A DNA stretch of 64,000 bases from Octopus sinensis (GCF_006345805.1 NC_042998.1:196478001-196542000); one strand, 5' to 3'; counted from the stretch's first letter, positions 24,921 to 38,587 are shown. Made by a program: numbers and translations. The notes: a model not told the origin generated them from the letters alone.

Positions 24921-24967
24921 ATATATAAAGGATTGAGATAACTCCTCCAGAAGATATAGACTCAAAA

Positions 24968-25013
24968 TTGATGATGATGATGATGATGATGACGACGACG
25001 ACAACGACGATGA

Positions 25014-25047
<34 letters not shown>

Positions 25048-25115
25048 GGTGGTGGTGGTGATGATGATGATGATGATGATGAAGGTGATGGAGGTGGTGG
25101 TGGTAGTGGTGATGA

Positions 25116-25149
<34 letters not shown>

Positions 25150-25167
25150 GGTGGTGGTGACGATGAT
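24968..25167. repeat. Compound (GAT)n/(GGT)n/(GAC)n microsatellite right after a MAP9 donor; similar tracts at 22510-22610, 26393-26510, 61485-61590
   Basis: Direct inspection. Confidence 0.95.
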
Positions 25168-25172
25168 CTTAC

Positions 25173-25337
25173 TTCTTTTGCTCCTTGGATTTTGTTAATT
25201 TTCTCTTCATTTTCTTTTTTCTTTTTTTCCTCTTCCTTTTGCTTTTCCAGTTTCAACTTTGTCTTTAGAAGTGGATCTTTCTGTTGTTTCCAAACATTAA
25301 ATGACACCGTGGCAACAGACAGCTTTTCTTTTTGTTC
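25173..25337 (-). CDS. MAP9: MAP9 coding exon 7 (EQKEKLSVATVSFNVWKQQKD...)
   Basis: aatccAG / GTAAGA; phase 0->0; F-x-x-W-K repeat. Confidence 0.85.
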
Positions 25338-25469
25338 CTGGATTTTAAAATGTTTATACCTTTTCATTGAACCAAAATTTATTATGCAATGCACAACATA
25401 AAACAGACATAGACAACTAAACTAAATCCAGCACTATCATCATTATTATTATTATTATTATTATTATTG

Positions 25470-26030
25470 AGTGAGAGAGCAGTTCATGCCATCAAAGTGA
25501 CACTGGGGTAAAATATACAAAGCCCAGTATACCCATCATGTCTACCCGTCTGATAAAGGTACACCAGGCACATGCATCACAACCATGTGTGCGCGACATG
25601 GTGATCTCATATCAAGATAAACAGCGCATGACCTTGCGGGTGGGGCCCAGTTAGAAATTTCTTCAGGTTGAGTAGCCCATGCCGCTCAAAAGGTCCCTGA
25701 ATAAGGGTTGTTTAAGGATGTTGAAAGAACCACCCATGTTTCCAGAGGTGAATTATTCAAACCCCAAAGAATCCCTCTCAACACATGAGTATGATGCTCC
25801 CCCACTACTTCTGCTCGTGATCAGAGATGCATCTATCGTCAGCCACCAAGGGACATGCTCAACTGGTTATGGTCACACAACTGACAAGCAAATCTGTGGT
25901 ATTGAGCAGAATATTTGCTGTAGCCCACCTTTTATACCAAGACAAAACAATGTACATGATAACACTTCCAATCAGTTAAGATCAGAAGCCATGAGAGCCA
26001 CTGCCTGGTACTGCACCAGGGCAAGTTCTG
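25470..26030 (-). mobile_element. Probable 3' UTR of a non-LTR element with (AAT)n tail; a similar unclassified piece at 22140-22500
   Basis: More GC-balanced block abutting (ATT)n; no ORF recognised. Confidence 0.4.
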
Positions 26031-26468
26031 CATCAGGGCAATATCATTATTATTATCATGATTTGAGCATGGTCATTACCAGTGCTGCCCGACTGGCTCC
26101 CATACTGGTGGCTCGTAAAAAGCACCATTCAGGCGTGGCAGATGCCTGAACCATCTGACTGGCTCTTGTGCCAGTGGCATGTAAAAAGCACCCACTACAC
26201 TCTCAGAGTGGTTGGCATTAGGAAGGGCATCCAGCTGTAGAAACTCTACCAGATCAGATTGATCCTGATGCAGCCTCCTGGCTTCCCAGCCTTCAGTCAA
26301 ACCGTCCAACCCATGCCAGCATGGAAAGCGGATGTTAAACGACAACGACGATGATGATTATACATAAAGTGGCAAGCTGGCAGACTTGTTAGCACTACTA
26401 CTACTAATACTACTACGGCTGCTGCTGATGCTACTACTACCACCACCACCACCACCACCACCACCACC

Positions 26469-26509
<41 letters not shown>

Positions 26510-26574
26510 AGCAGTGAGGTGGCAGAATCATTAGCGTGTTCGATAAAATGCTTGACTGCATTCCTTCCAGCACA

Positions 26575-27412
26575 ACTTGCTATAAAAACAGGTAGTAATT
26601 TTACCTTGTGCTTATTCTTAGTGCAAGTTTTGAAGAGTGCAGTTCGATTTTAACAGCTGATATTTCAAAGCTTTAATGGAAGTGACAAAGGAGCATATTC
26701 TGCATATTTTTGCTTCATGAGGTCAATAAAGGCAACAATGCAATGGAAAGTGAGAGGAATATTAATGCAGTATATGGGGATCGGACAATAAGCGTAAGCC
26801 AGTGTCAATGGTGGTTCCAGAAATTCTGAGCTGGAAACTACAGTCTGGAAGACAAGCCTCATCCTGGAAGATATGTAGAGCTCGACGAAGACATCCTGCA
26901 AGCCCTGGTGGAACAAAATCCCATTGTAACTGTTGAGGAACTAGCAGAGAAGCTTGGATTTGGTCATTCAACCAGTCATTCAAGTCAGCGCTAGAAGAAA
27001 AACGACCATCTTTGGTTTCAAGACAAAAAATGTTCTTCCATCAGAACAATACTCAACCATAAACAGCAAGGATGATATTCCAAAGACTGGAGCAGTTTCA
27101 ATGGGAAATGATGCTCCACCCACCATATTCACCAGACATTGCCCCATCTGATTATCATTTATTCTACAGTCTTCAAAACCATTTGGACAGAAAAAATATG
27201 AATTCTGTAGACAAGGTCAGAACAGTACTGGAGGAGTGTTTTTCGTCACGGACAAATGAATTTTGGAAGAAGGGCCTTGCAAGAAGGGCCTTGCAAGAGC
27301 ATTATAGAAAACGAAGGAGAGTATATTTTAGATTAAAAAAGAACAGTGTTTATCTTAATTTTGAAAAATAAAAGAAGTATAAAAAACCGCATTATTTATG
27401 GGATGACCCAAT
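26575..27412 (+). mobile_element. Decayed mariner transposon; a 5'-end relic in reverse at 13795-14089
   Basis: MEVTKEHI start, HPPYSPDIAPSDYHLF motif, TIR CATTATTTATGGGATGACCCAATA followed by TA. Confidence 0.88.
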
Positions 27413-27520
27413 ATATATACAAAAGGGTTCTTTCAGTTTCTGTTAACCTAACCCACTTGCAAGATTTTGGTCAGCCTAAGGCTATAGTAGAAGACACCTG
27501 CTATCCCTGTGCTTATATAT

Positions 27521-27564
<44 letters not shown>

Positions 27565-28393
27565 GTGCTATCTATTACTTCTTTCAGTCATTTGACTGCG
27601 ACCATGCAGGGGCACTGCCTTAAAAGGCTTTTAATTTAACAAATTGACCCCACTAATTATTTATTAAAGTCATTTGCCAAACTGCTAAGTTACAGGGATA
27701 TAAACAAACCAACGCCAACTACTAAACCATGGTGGAGTGAAACAAACTCATAGGCAAAGATTTGCACACACACACACATGCACTCATGCATCAGGCTTCC
27801 ACACAGTCAGTTTCAGTCTACCAAATTCACTGACAAGACATTGGTTGACCCAGAGCAACAAGGGAAGACACTCGCCCAAGGTGCTGTGCAGCAGAATTGA
27901 ACCTGAAACTATATTTTGCTGAATGAGTTTCTTAACATCGCAGCCATGCCTGCACCTACAACAGGCTTCAGTACAGTTTCCATTGACAAAATTACACTCA
28001 CAAGGCATAGGTAAGTCAACCGAAATCCATCTCAGAAAACACAGTCCCAAAATGCTGTGCTGTGCGTTTGAACCTCAGAACCATGATGCTATGAAACTAA
28101 CTTCTTAACTCCACAACCATCATCATCATCATCGTTTAACGTCCGCTTTCCATGCTGGCATGGGTTGGATGATTTTGACTGTGGGCTGGCGAACCAGATG
28201 GCTGCACCAGGCTCCAGTCTGATCTGGCAGAGTTTCTACGGCTGGATGCCCTTCCTAACGTCAACCACTCCAAGACTGAAGTGGATGCTTTTACGTGCCA
28301 CTGGCACGGGGGCCAGTCAGGCGGCACTGGCAACGACCATCAAAAAATAAAATACAAAACCAATCAAAAATTAAAATCAAAATGTTGTTTTAC

Positions 28394-28586
28394 GTTTATT
28401 TTCTTTACTTCGTCTTTTTCTTTTTGCTTTTGTATCTCCTTAATCTTCTTATCCTTCACTTGGCGCCACTTCTTAAAGGTTTCTTCACGGAGTCGGGTTA
28501 CATCCGATTCCTTTGGTGGATCTTCAAAGGATATTTTGGTGTCTTTTTGTTTGGTTTTGGTTTTAGTTTCGACATTGGAAATTGTT
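28394..28586 (-). CDS. MAP9: MAP9 coding exon 6 (...LREETFKKWRQVKDKKIKE...)
   Basis: atttccAG acceptor; phase-0 donor GTAAAA (an in-frame alternative GTAAAG would end the exon at 28409); first of the F/Y-x-x-W-x-x-x-K helical repeats typical of MAP9. Confidence 0.8.
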
Positions 28587-28839
28587 CTGGAAATAATTAA
28601 ATTAAAAACAAATATATTTAAAAGAAGAAAAAAAACAATAAATAATTAGAACAATATGTTAATTGGATAGTTTAAATTTATGCATGTGTGTGTATGTAAT
28701 GCAGTAAGAAGCAGAATAAAAGACACCTGATGAAGGGTGGAGGGCATATCAGCCAAAACATTGTGTTAACAACAAATAAGATGAGGACAAATATCTGTCA
28801 AATGTAAATGATGTAAATAATGTAAATAATTATTTGTAA

Positions 28840-29254
28840 TAGGCGCAGGAGTGGCTGTGTGGTAAGCAGCTTGCTTACCAACCACATGGTTCCGGGTTCA
28901 GTCCCACTGCGTGGCATCTTGGGCAAGTGTCTTCTGCTATAGCCCCGGGCCGACCAATGCCTTGTGAGTGGATTTGGTAGACGGAAACTGAAAGAAGCCT
29001 GTCGTATATATATATGTATATATATATGTGTGCGTGTGTGTGTTTGTGTGTCTGTGTTTGTCCCCCTAGCATTGCTTGACAACCGATGCTGGTGTGTTTA
29101 GGTCCCCGTCACTTAGCGGTTCGGCAAAAGAGACCGATAGAATAAGTACTCGGCTTACAAAGAATAAGTCCCGGGGTCGATTAGCTCGACTAAAGGCGGT
29201 GCTCCAGCATGGCCGCAGTCAAATGACTGAAACAAGTAAAAGAGTAAAGAGTAA
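28840..29254 (+). mobile_element. CORE-type SINE, full length
   Basis: Nearly identical to 43396-43810. Confidence 0.85.
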
Positions 29255-29464
29255 AGAGAGAACAATATGTTAATTAGATAGTTTAAATTTATGCATGTGT
29301 GTGGGCATCTGTGTATGTGTGCATGTGTGTGTGTATGTAATGCAGTAAGAAGCAGAATAAAAGACACCTGATGAAGGGTGGAGGGCATATCAGCCGAAAT
29401 GTGTTAACAACAAATAAGGTGAGGACAAATATCTGTCAAATGTAAATAATGTAAATAATTTCTT

Positions 29465-29670
29465 TTTATTCTTTTACTTGTTTCAGTCATTTGACTGCAG
29501 CCATGCTGGAGCACCACCCTTTTTAGTCGAGCAAATCGACCTCAGGACTTATACTTCGTAAGCCTAGTACTTATTCTATTGGTGTCTTTTTGCCGAACTG
29601 CTAAGTTACGGGAAAGCAAACACACTAGCATCGGATGTCAAGCGATGTTGTGGGGGACAAACACAGACAG

Positions 29671-29706
<36 letters not shown>

Positions 29707-29830
29707 GACGGGCTTCTTTCAGTTTCTGTCGACCAAATCCATTCACAAGGCTTTGGTCGGCCCGAGGCTATAGTAGAAGACACTTGCCCAAGGTGCCACG
29801 CAGTGGGACTGAACCCGGAAATATGTGGTT
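29465..29830 (-). mobile_element. CORE-type SINE, 5' truncated
   Basis: Reverse complement of family consensus. Confidence 0.8.
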
Positions 29831-29973
29831 AAAAAAATCGTTAAAAAGCGTATTGCATTTATCTTCTAAAATTTGTTAGGTTAATAGTTAATCAACTCTT
29901 TTCGTCAAGGTACCCGCTAATTTACAAGTAACCTAATAACTAGAACAAAATTAATTGTAAAAAATGTACTTAC

Positions 29974-30702
29974 TTTTGGGTTTGGAGAGATTGGGGTTGT
30001 AATTCCTTCGAAACAGACTCTTTTCTCTTTGTGTCCTCACTTAATAGATCAGCTAACTGTGCAAAGTCTTCCTGTTGGTTGTTTGGACTAAGGGTTCTCT
30101 CAGACTGTTCTGATTGTCGTCTCTGCTTACGAGGCTTCACTTTTGGTTTGTCAATATCAATACTGGAACCATCTAATAATGCGGTGGCACCATTCTTGGA
30201 GATTTCACTTCTCTCTTCTGAATTGTTGTCGTTAAAATGGTTCTCTGATTTGAAATTCTCTTCTTGATATTCTGTGGCCCCTTTTTCATTTTCAACAGAT
30301 CCAGCCATTTTCTGAACTGTTTCTTCTGCTTTACTGCTTTTACGTTTGAGCAAACTCGAAAGGATATCATCATCATCATCGTCGTCATAATAGTTAGAAA
30401 ATTTCTTCTTTGGCGCTTTATCTTCTGCATCTGCTTCAAGAGTTTCTCGTTGACTCTCAGAGATAGAATCTTTCGTCTTAAAAGCGCCAGGCTCTTCTCG
30501 TAAGCTACTGTTGATGTCGTCTTCATTACTCTCATCTAGCTTTTGTAAGGAATTATATTTTGACTTCTGATTGCTTGTTTCAAGAAACGGTTCTTCAGAA
30601 AAGCCATTTTCTCCAAGAATATCGGATAAACTTTTACTTGGTTTAGAATTTTTATTGGCGGGAGAAGAAACAGAATCTGTTTTATGAATTCTTGGTGTTG
30701 GT
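29974..30702 (-). CDS. MAP9: MAP9 coding exon 5 (large acidic/Ser-rich exon)
   Basis: Within ORF 29970..30746; tcttacAG / GTAAGT; phase 2->2. Confidence 0.85.
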
Positions 30703-32106
30703 CTGTAAGAGTAAAAAAAAAAAAGTAATTTAATCTTAGAAGCCAAATCTTTTGCATCTTTTAGTCAATAGAATGTGGCCATTCTGGGGCACTGCCTTTT
30801 AAAGTTTTTAGACAAATGGATTGGCACCAGTACTCAATTTGTTAAGCCTGGTATTTATTCCATCAGTCTCTTTTGCTGAACTGCTAAATTACAGGGACAT
30901 AAACACACTAACACTGTTGGGAGGTGGGGGGGGGGGCGAGAGTGGGAAAGCACGGGTGGGGTGTGGGTTCAGCTGAGGGTTGGGGTAGAGTTGGGATTTG
31001 TGTGTAGGCACATAAAAAGCACCATTCAAACATGGTCGATGCCAGGTCTGCCTTACTGGCTCCTGTGCCGGTGACACATAAAAATCACCAACCAATCATG
31101 GCAGATGCCAGTAGCCCCAAACGTGATTGATGCCAGGACCACCTCATTGGCTCCTGTGCCAGTGGCACATAAAAAACACCCACTATACTCCTGGAGTGGT
31201 CGGCATTAGGAAGGGCATCCAGCTGTAGAAACATTGCCAGATCAGATTGGAGCCTGGTGCAGCCATCTGGTTCGCCAGACCTCAGTCAAACCGTCCAACC
31301 CATGCCAGCATGGAAAATGGACGTTAAATGATGATGGTGATTATATATATATATATATACATACACACACACACACATTTATACACATACATACATACAT
31401 ATACACATATATATACATATACACACATATATATACACACATACACACATGCATATATGTATATATATTTCCTTTCTTACACTGGTCCTGTAGCTGACCA
31501 GCTGCAAATTATCTGTCTCTCCATTCTCCATCCTTCAAGACATTTTCTAAGCACTACCCACTGTTCTCGTCCCCTTGGCCCCAAGGCCGTATTTTATTTG
31601 ACTGTTCATCCTCATCCACCGTCCTAAATCACATTCTGTGTTGTTTTGCTTGTTTTGTTTTGTTTTCTTTGCTCTTGTCCTTAATTCTCTGCAAGAAAAC
31701 TTCTCTTTGCAGGCACCGCCAATTGGGAAGCACCAAATACTATATTTAAATTTTAACATATAAGTATGTGTATATGTAAATCTATTTACACATACACATA
31801 CTTATCTGTTAAAATTAAAATACAGTATTTGGTATCGAACTATGATAAAGTTATTTAGAGGCCTGATGATTGGGGTTAGATTTTCAGAAACGTTCCTGTA
31901 AAACATTGCGTGCTTAAGGAACCGTAAAAGAACCTCAAGAAAGACGTGTAGCTGAGAAATGAGTGGGAAGTATTAAATTAAAATTCTTTTATATGGTGGG
32001 ATGAAGGGGACTACTATCTCTAAATAACATATATACTTCCTCATTGAGAATAATTTGAACCCCTGTGATGCCGGAATTTCTATTCCCTAATAAATAAAAT
32101 TATATA

Positions 32107-32140
<34 letters not shown>

Positions 32141-32360
32141 CAATGCAGTATGGAATTTTGTCAGTGAACAGGTCACAGTCTCAAAGCGACAAAAATATTT
32201 TGGCAAATTAAATTTAAATGTTGGAGTGAATCTAACAGTTTTTGTGTTTTAAATGGCTGTAATTATTTTCGTTCCAGCACATGACCTCAGATCAGGTCAC
32301 TTGCTATGCAAGTACATTTCCAGAAATTATTGATGTTTTTGAAAATTTTTCAGAACTCAC

Positions 32361-32478
32361 ATTGGAGAAGGTGTAGCTGTTGTCTCTCTTTTATCATTCT
32401 TTGCTTCTTGCATGGTTTTGGTACTTTTCAGAAATCTGTGTCGTGGAAGATCTGTTTCAGAACAGCTCTGCAATGACT
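32361..32478 (-). CDS. MAP9: MAP9 coding exon 4 (ESLQSCSETDLPRHRFLK...TPSP)
   Basis: ctttcttgtAG / GTGAGT; phase 1->2, open. Confidence 0.78.
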
Positions 32479-32534
32479 CTACAAGAAAGATGTAAGAAAT
32501 AAATTATGAGAAGAATGTTTACCAAAACCCAAAA

Positions 32535-32565
<31 letters not shown>

Positions 32566-33169
32566 AAGAGAGAGAGAGCTCTTAATCATCTCTCACACAC
32601 TTTCCACACTCTTCTACACTTACCTATTCACCCACTTTTTCCATTCTTTGATCCCTATTCTCTGTCTCATTAATCTTGTACCTTGATGGTATGCCGTTAC
32701 CAGCTCTTTCTCTCTCTCTCTCTCTCTGCCCCCCTCTCTCTCTCCAGCTGGGGGAAGTTCATAATTCACCTCTTCACCAAGACATCTCTTCCTGTCCCTC
32801 AGTCATACTTTCCCATCCCTTAAATACCACAGATTCCTGCGATACATGGTTTTTTGGGGTATTTTCATAAATAGCCAAAAGAGCACATAATGGGAAAATA
32901 CTCCTAAAGTAACAAAACCCTGAAATGGGAATATATAATGTTGTGAAAATTGTTTCCATTAATTTTATGTTTACGTCATATAACAATTCCTTTTGCATTT
33001 TTGTAAAAGTGTGCACATAAGCCATAAATAAATGCTGTTACTGGAGTCAAGTTTATCCCGGAAGTTCTATTTCTATGGGATGCTGTAAATAAACAAAAAA
33101 ACCTTAAACATGAACTTGTAAACCAGACCTATGATGACACAAACGAATTGAAATATTTAACTGAATCAT

Positions 33170-34928
33170 CATGGCAACGAGTACAGTGAAGAATTCCGGG
33201 TAGAGGTTGGGGTCCACCAAGGTTCAGTCCTCAGCCCCCTCCTATTTATCATTGTCCTCCAGGCAATAACGGAAGAATTTAAGACAGGATGCCCCTGGGA
33301 GCTCCTCTATGCTGATGACCTTGCTCTAATTGCTGAGTCACTATCAGAACTGGAGGAGAAGTTTCAGGTGTGGAAACAAGGATTAGAATCGAAGGGCCTT
33401 AGAATCAACCTAGCCAAAACCAAAGTCCTAATAAGTAGGAAGGTGGACCAACCACAAACGACTTCAGGTAGATGGCCCTGCTCGATCTGTAAAAAAGGTG
33501 TAGGTAGAAACTCTATAAGGTGCACCAAGTGTAAGCTATGGACACATAAGAGGTGCAGCAATGTCAAAGGTAGGCTAACTGGGAAGATAGTTTTCGTATG
33601 TGGCAGATGCTCAGGAGAAATAAACACTGGAAATGTGCAGAGACCAACTTCTACCACGTTCCAGGGAGACAAACTAGAAGTAGTTGATAGCTTCCGCTAC
33701 CTAGAAGACCAAGTTAGTAGCGGGGGTGGGTGTGCTGAAAGTGTAACTGCTAGAGTAAGAATAGCCTGGGCAAAGTTTAGAGAGCTCTTACCCCTGCTGG
33801 TGACAAAAGGCCTCTCGCTCAGAGTAAAAGGCAGACTTTATGATACATGTGTACGTACAGCCATGCTACATGGTAGTGAAACATGGGCCGTGACTGCTGA
33901 GGATATGCGTAAGCTCGCAAGAAATGAAGCCAATATGCTCCGATGGATGTGTAATGTCAGTGTTCATAATCGTCAGAGTGTAAGTACCTTGAGAGAAAAG
34001 TTGAACCTAAGAAGCGTCAGTTGTGGTGTGCAAGAGAGACGGCTGCGCTGGTATGGTCATATGACGAGAATGGCTGAAGATAGTTGTGTGCAAAAGTACT
34101 ACACCCTAGTAGTTGAGGGAACCTGTGGAAGAGGTAGATCCAGGAAAACCTGGGACGAAGTGGTGAAGCACGACCTACGAACTTTAGGTCTCACCAAGGA
34201 AATGACTAGAGACCGAGACCTATGGAAGTATGCTGTGCGTGAGAAGACCCGGCAAGACTAGTCAGGCCATAACCCGTGGCCCCTACCTGGGACGTAGTCA
34301 GTCCACCTGTGCATACCTTCCTTCTTGTGACACTTGTGAAGACCTGTTGAGGCAAGTGAAAATCAAACAAAATCAAAATAGATGAACATCAATGGAATTT
34401 GTATCTTTGTGGTACCAGTGCCGGTGGCACACAAGAAAACCATCCGAACGTGGCCGTAGCCAGTACCGCACCGACTGGCCTCCATGCTGTGGGCACGTAA
34501 CAATCACCATCCAATCGTGGCCGATCGCCAGCCTAATCTGGCTCCTGTGTCGGTGGCACATAAAAAACACCATCCGAGCGTGGTCGTCTGCTAGCCTTGT
34601 CTGGCACCCGTGTCGGTGGCACATAAAAACACCATCCGAGCGTGGCCGTTCGCCAGCTTCGTCTGGCACCTGTGTCGGTGGCACATAAAAACACCATCCG
34701 AGCGTGGCCGTTCGCCAGCCTCGTCTGGCACCTGTGTCGGTGGCACATAAAATCACCCACTACACTCTCGGAGTGGTTGGCGTTAGGAAGGGCATCCAGC
34801 TGTAGAAACACTGCCAGATCTGACTGGCCTGGTGCAGCCTTCGGGCTCCCCAGACCCCAGTTGAACCGTCCAACCCATGCTAGCATGGAAAGCGGACGTT
34901 AAATGATGATGATGATGATGATGATGAT
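33170..34928 (+). mobile_element. 5'-truncated RTE-clade LINE: RT C-half, Cys-rich insert, 3' UTR with ~61-bp repeats and (GAT)n tail
   Basis: Open frame 33173-34261 with GVHQGSVLSPLLF, YADD, CSIC..CTKC..HKRC, RRLRWYGH, RGRSRKTW; ends GGACGTTAAA(TGA)n. Confidence 0.92.
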
Positions 34929-35239
34929 CATAAAATTAACTTTCAATTCAATGCAATGTTGAAATAACCCTTCAATGTTTTATAACCCGAACTGTCAGTG
35001 ACCCAATGGGTCATGGGTAGTCCAGTACTTTTACAAATTACAAAATATTTTAAGAATTTTTTAATACAATTCCTAATAATATTTCTTTATACAAATACAG
35101 TATGATTTGTTTTTTATAAACATCAAATGACTATGGGAGTCCAGAAGGGTAAAATAGAAACCAAAGGGGTCCAATAGTTGAGAAACATTGCTATAAATCA
35201 ATAATGTAATAACAATAAAAATATTAATATTGATTTATA

Positions 35240-35575
35240 CAGTTCTATATTTAAGAGATGAGGAATTATTTACATTATTTACATTTGACAGATATTTGTC
35301 CTCATCTTGTTTGTTGTTAACTCAATGTTTCGGCTGATATACCCTCCAACCTTCATCGGATGTCTTGGGGAAATTTCAAACCTGGGTTCTCATTCCTAAG
35401 GTATTTTATTTTTTTGGCATATGGCATATAGTGTACTGGTTAAGAGCGTGGGCTACTAACCCCAAAATTCTAAGTTTGATTCCAGGCAGTGACCTGAATA
35501 ATAATAATAACATTGAAAAATACCTTTGGAATGAGAACCCAGGTTCAAAATTTCCCCCAAGCCCGATGGAAGGGA
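35240..35575. mobile_element. Second copy of the tRNA-head/hammerhead element
   Basis: Colinear with 21520-21900, with different inversion breakpoints. Confidence 0.7.
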
Positions 35576-35720
35576 TTGGCAATAACAGGTGCAAATCCTC
35601 ACAAAATGTTTGTTTCCACACTAATACTTTCATACAATGATAGAATAAATATATTAATAAATGACCGTTTAAATATTTACCAGTAAAATTATGTTGTGAA
35701 GCAATCGTAAAATAACTCAC

Positions 35721-35767
35721 CAGCTAACAAGGATTGGTCTTCACTGGATGATAGATCTGTACCTTTC
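35721..35767 (-). CDS. MAP9: MAP9 coding exon 3 (KGTDLSSSEDQSLLA)
   Basis: ttttcAG / GTGAGT; phase 2->1. Confidence 0.75.
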
Positions 35768-36065
35768 CTGAAAAGTAATTCAAGGTTATTAATAGTGATT
35801 GATTTCTAACACCATCTCATATATATTTATACTAGCAGTATCACCTGGCGTTGTTCGGGTTTGTAAGGGAAATAACTATATAAGCATTTTTAGAGAGTTA
35901 CTTCCCTTATATAAGCCGAGCAAAAATCATTAAAAATGCGGTAAAATGATGGTAAATTTTTTTTTAAATTGTAGACTCATCGTAGATGCGCGCTAGTACC
36001 CAGAAGGCTTGATATGAATCACGACTATAAGATACCCCCTTTTGGTTATTTATATATTATTATAT

Positions 36066-36097
<32 letters not shown>

Positions 36098-37807
36098 TTC
36101 TGGGATGAGCTGGTGAAGCACGACCTTCAAACATTGGGCCTTGCTGAAGCGATGACGAGTAACCGAGACCTTTGGAGATATGCTGTGCTTGAGAAGACCC
36201 AACAAGCCAAGTGAGACCATAACCCGTGGCCTATGCCAGTGAGTGTAACCAGCCCAGTTATGAGTACCCCTCATTCGTTGGACAATAAAGCTTACTTGTG
36301 AAGACCTATTGAGGCAAGTGAAATCAAATCAAATCAAAATTGCTGACGTGGCCGATAACAGTACTGCCTGATTGGCACGAGTGCCAGTGGTCGTTGCCAG
36401 GGCCTTGGATTGGCTCCTGTGCTTGTGACATGTAAAAAGCACCATTCAAGCGTGATCATTGCCAGCGTCGCATTACTAGCACATGTGCTGGTGGTATGTG
36501 AAAAACAACATTTGAGCATGGTTGTTGCCAGTGCCGCCAGACTGGCTCCTGTGCAGGTGGCACATAAAAAACTCCTTTTGAGCGCGGTCAATGCTAGAAC
36601 CGCCTGTCTGGCCCTCAAGCCAGTGACATGTAAAAGCACCCACTACACTCTCAGAGTGGTTGGCATTAGGAAAGGCATCCAACTGTAGAAACTTTGCCAG
36701 ATTGGATTGGAACCTGGTGCCACCTCCTGGCTTGCCAATCCTCAGTCAAACTGTCCAACCCATGTCAGCATGGAAAGCAGATATTAAACGACGATGACGA
36801 TGATGATATATGTATGTTTCCTGTACCGGTGGCACATAAAAGGCACCATGCCAGTGCCACCTTGACTGGCTCCTGTGCCAGTGGCACATAAAAAGCACCA
36901 TCTGATCGTGGTTGATGCCAGCACCCTCTAGCCCCTGTGCCGGTGGCACGTAAAAAGCACCCACTACACTCACAGAGTGGTTGGCATTAGGAAGGGCATC
37001 CAGCTGTAGAAACACTACCAGATCAGACTGGAGCCTGGTACATCCTCCTGACTTCTCAGACCCCAGTTGAACTGTCCAACCCATGCCAGCATGGAAAGCG
37101 AATGTTAAATGATGATGATGATGATGAGGGTGGTGAAGATGCATGACCTAATGGTTAGAGTGTTGTACTGTTGCACTTGCAATTGCTAGATTGTGGGTTC
37201 AATTCCCCAACTGGGTGGTGCATTGTTTTCTTGAACAAAATACTTCATTTTAAGTTGCTCTACTCGGCTGTAAAAGGGAAACCCTGCAACAGAATAACTT
37301 CGAATCCCAGGGAATGAATGATGCCACCCCACTGGGTAGTATCATTCAAAAGCCAAATCAATGCAAGCGCATTGTAACCAGTGATGTATAACAGTATCTG
37401 ATAGTCTGATCATTACCTTGATATATATCGACTGGCCGGTGGCACGTAAAAGCACCATCCGTTCGTGTCCGTTGCCAGCCCCGTCTGGCCCCCGTGCCGG
37501 TGGCACATAGCACCATCCATTCGTAGCCGTTGCCAGCCTGGCCTGGCCCCTGTGCCGTTGGCACGTAAAAGCACCATCCATTCATGGCCGTTTGCCAGCT
37601 CCTACTGGTACCTGTGCGGGTGGCACGTAAAAAGCACCCACTCCACTCACAGAGTGGTTGGTGTTAGGAAGGGCATCCAGCCGTAGAAACACTGCCAGAT
37701 CAGACTGGCGCCTGGTGCAGCCTTCTGGCTTCACAGACCCCAGTTGAACTGTCCAACCTATGCTCGCATGGAAAGCGGACGCTAAATGATGATGATGATG
37801 ATGATGA
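36098..37807 (+). mobile_element. Three consecutive RTE 3'-end copies
   Basis: WDELVKHDLQTLGL..DLWRYAV ORF end at 36100-36214; termini at about 36807, 37126, 37807. Confidence 0.8.
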
Positions 37808-38587
37808 TATATATACAAGCAGCTAAGCCCAGTTTCACCCGGTCTGTTTGGATGACGTGGCTGTAATCATTTTCTGTTAGGCATAATCTATAACAGCGTT
37901 TGTCAACCTTATCATTTTGGGTCCCCTGTTTCAATTGGAGCCTCCAGTTATATGAAAATTTCTTGACCCCTCCCGGTCAGAAAACAGCTCCTAAGCAACT
38001 GGTTGTTTTAATGGCAGAAGAAAGAGGGAAATTCCATAAAGAAAAAGTTTTAATCGATTTTCTTGATGAGTATGGGGGGCTAGGAAAAAAATACAAACTG
38101 CATTCCAATCTATGCACCCGTCTCCAAATGTGTGCCATTTTTCACACGAATCCACCCAGCCGTTTGGCTGTGAACCTCAAGACGACAAGAAAGAATACAA
38201 TGATCGCCCATGTCCAATTTATATTATAGATATACACACACACTGATATATACGTGCGTGTATGTTCATGTCTTCTTGTCTTGACACTGCATGACTGTCG
38301 TAAACAAGTATCCTCATACACGAGGTATTGTTTAGATTCCAACACTGCTTGTAAAACGTCTGGTTATGAAGATTTATTACGCTACTTGGAATAGGTGAGG
38401 GATGGCAACAAGAAACACATCTGGCTATAGAAAACTTGCACAGGCAAAATCCGTCTGGCCCAAACAAGCATGGGAAAAGTTGTTGCTAAAACAATGATGA
38501 TAATGATGATGATGAAATGCTAAACAGATTGCCAGCCAAGAATTCAGAGTTATGCCATTTTGCATAAAAGCAATTTGAAAATTAAGA

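Noticed and set aside
24918-25198. Poly-Met/Val/Ser/Pro ORFs (also 22486, 26297, 45669)
   Set aside because: They are translations of trinucleotide microsatellites in introns.
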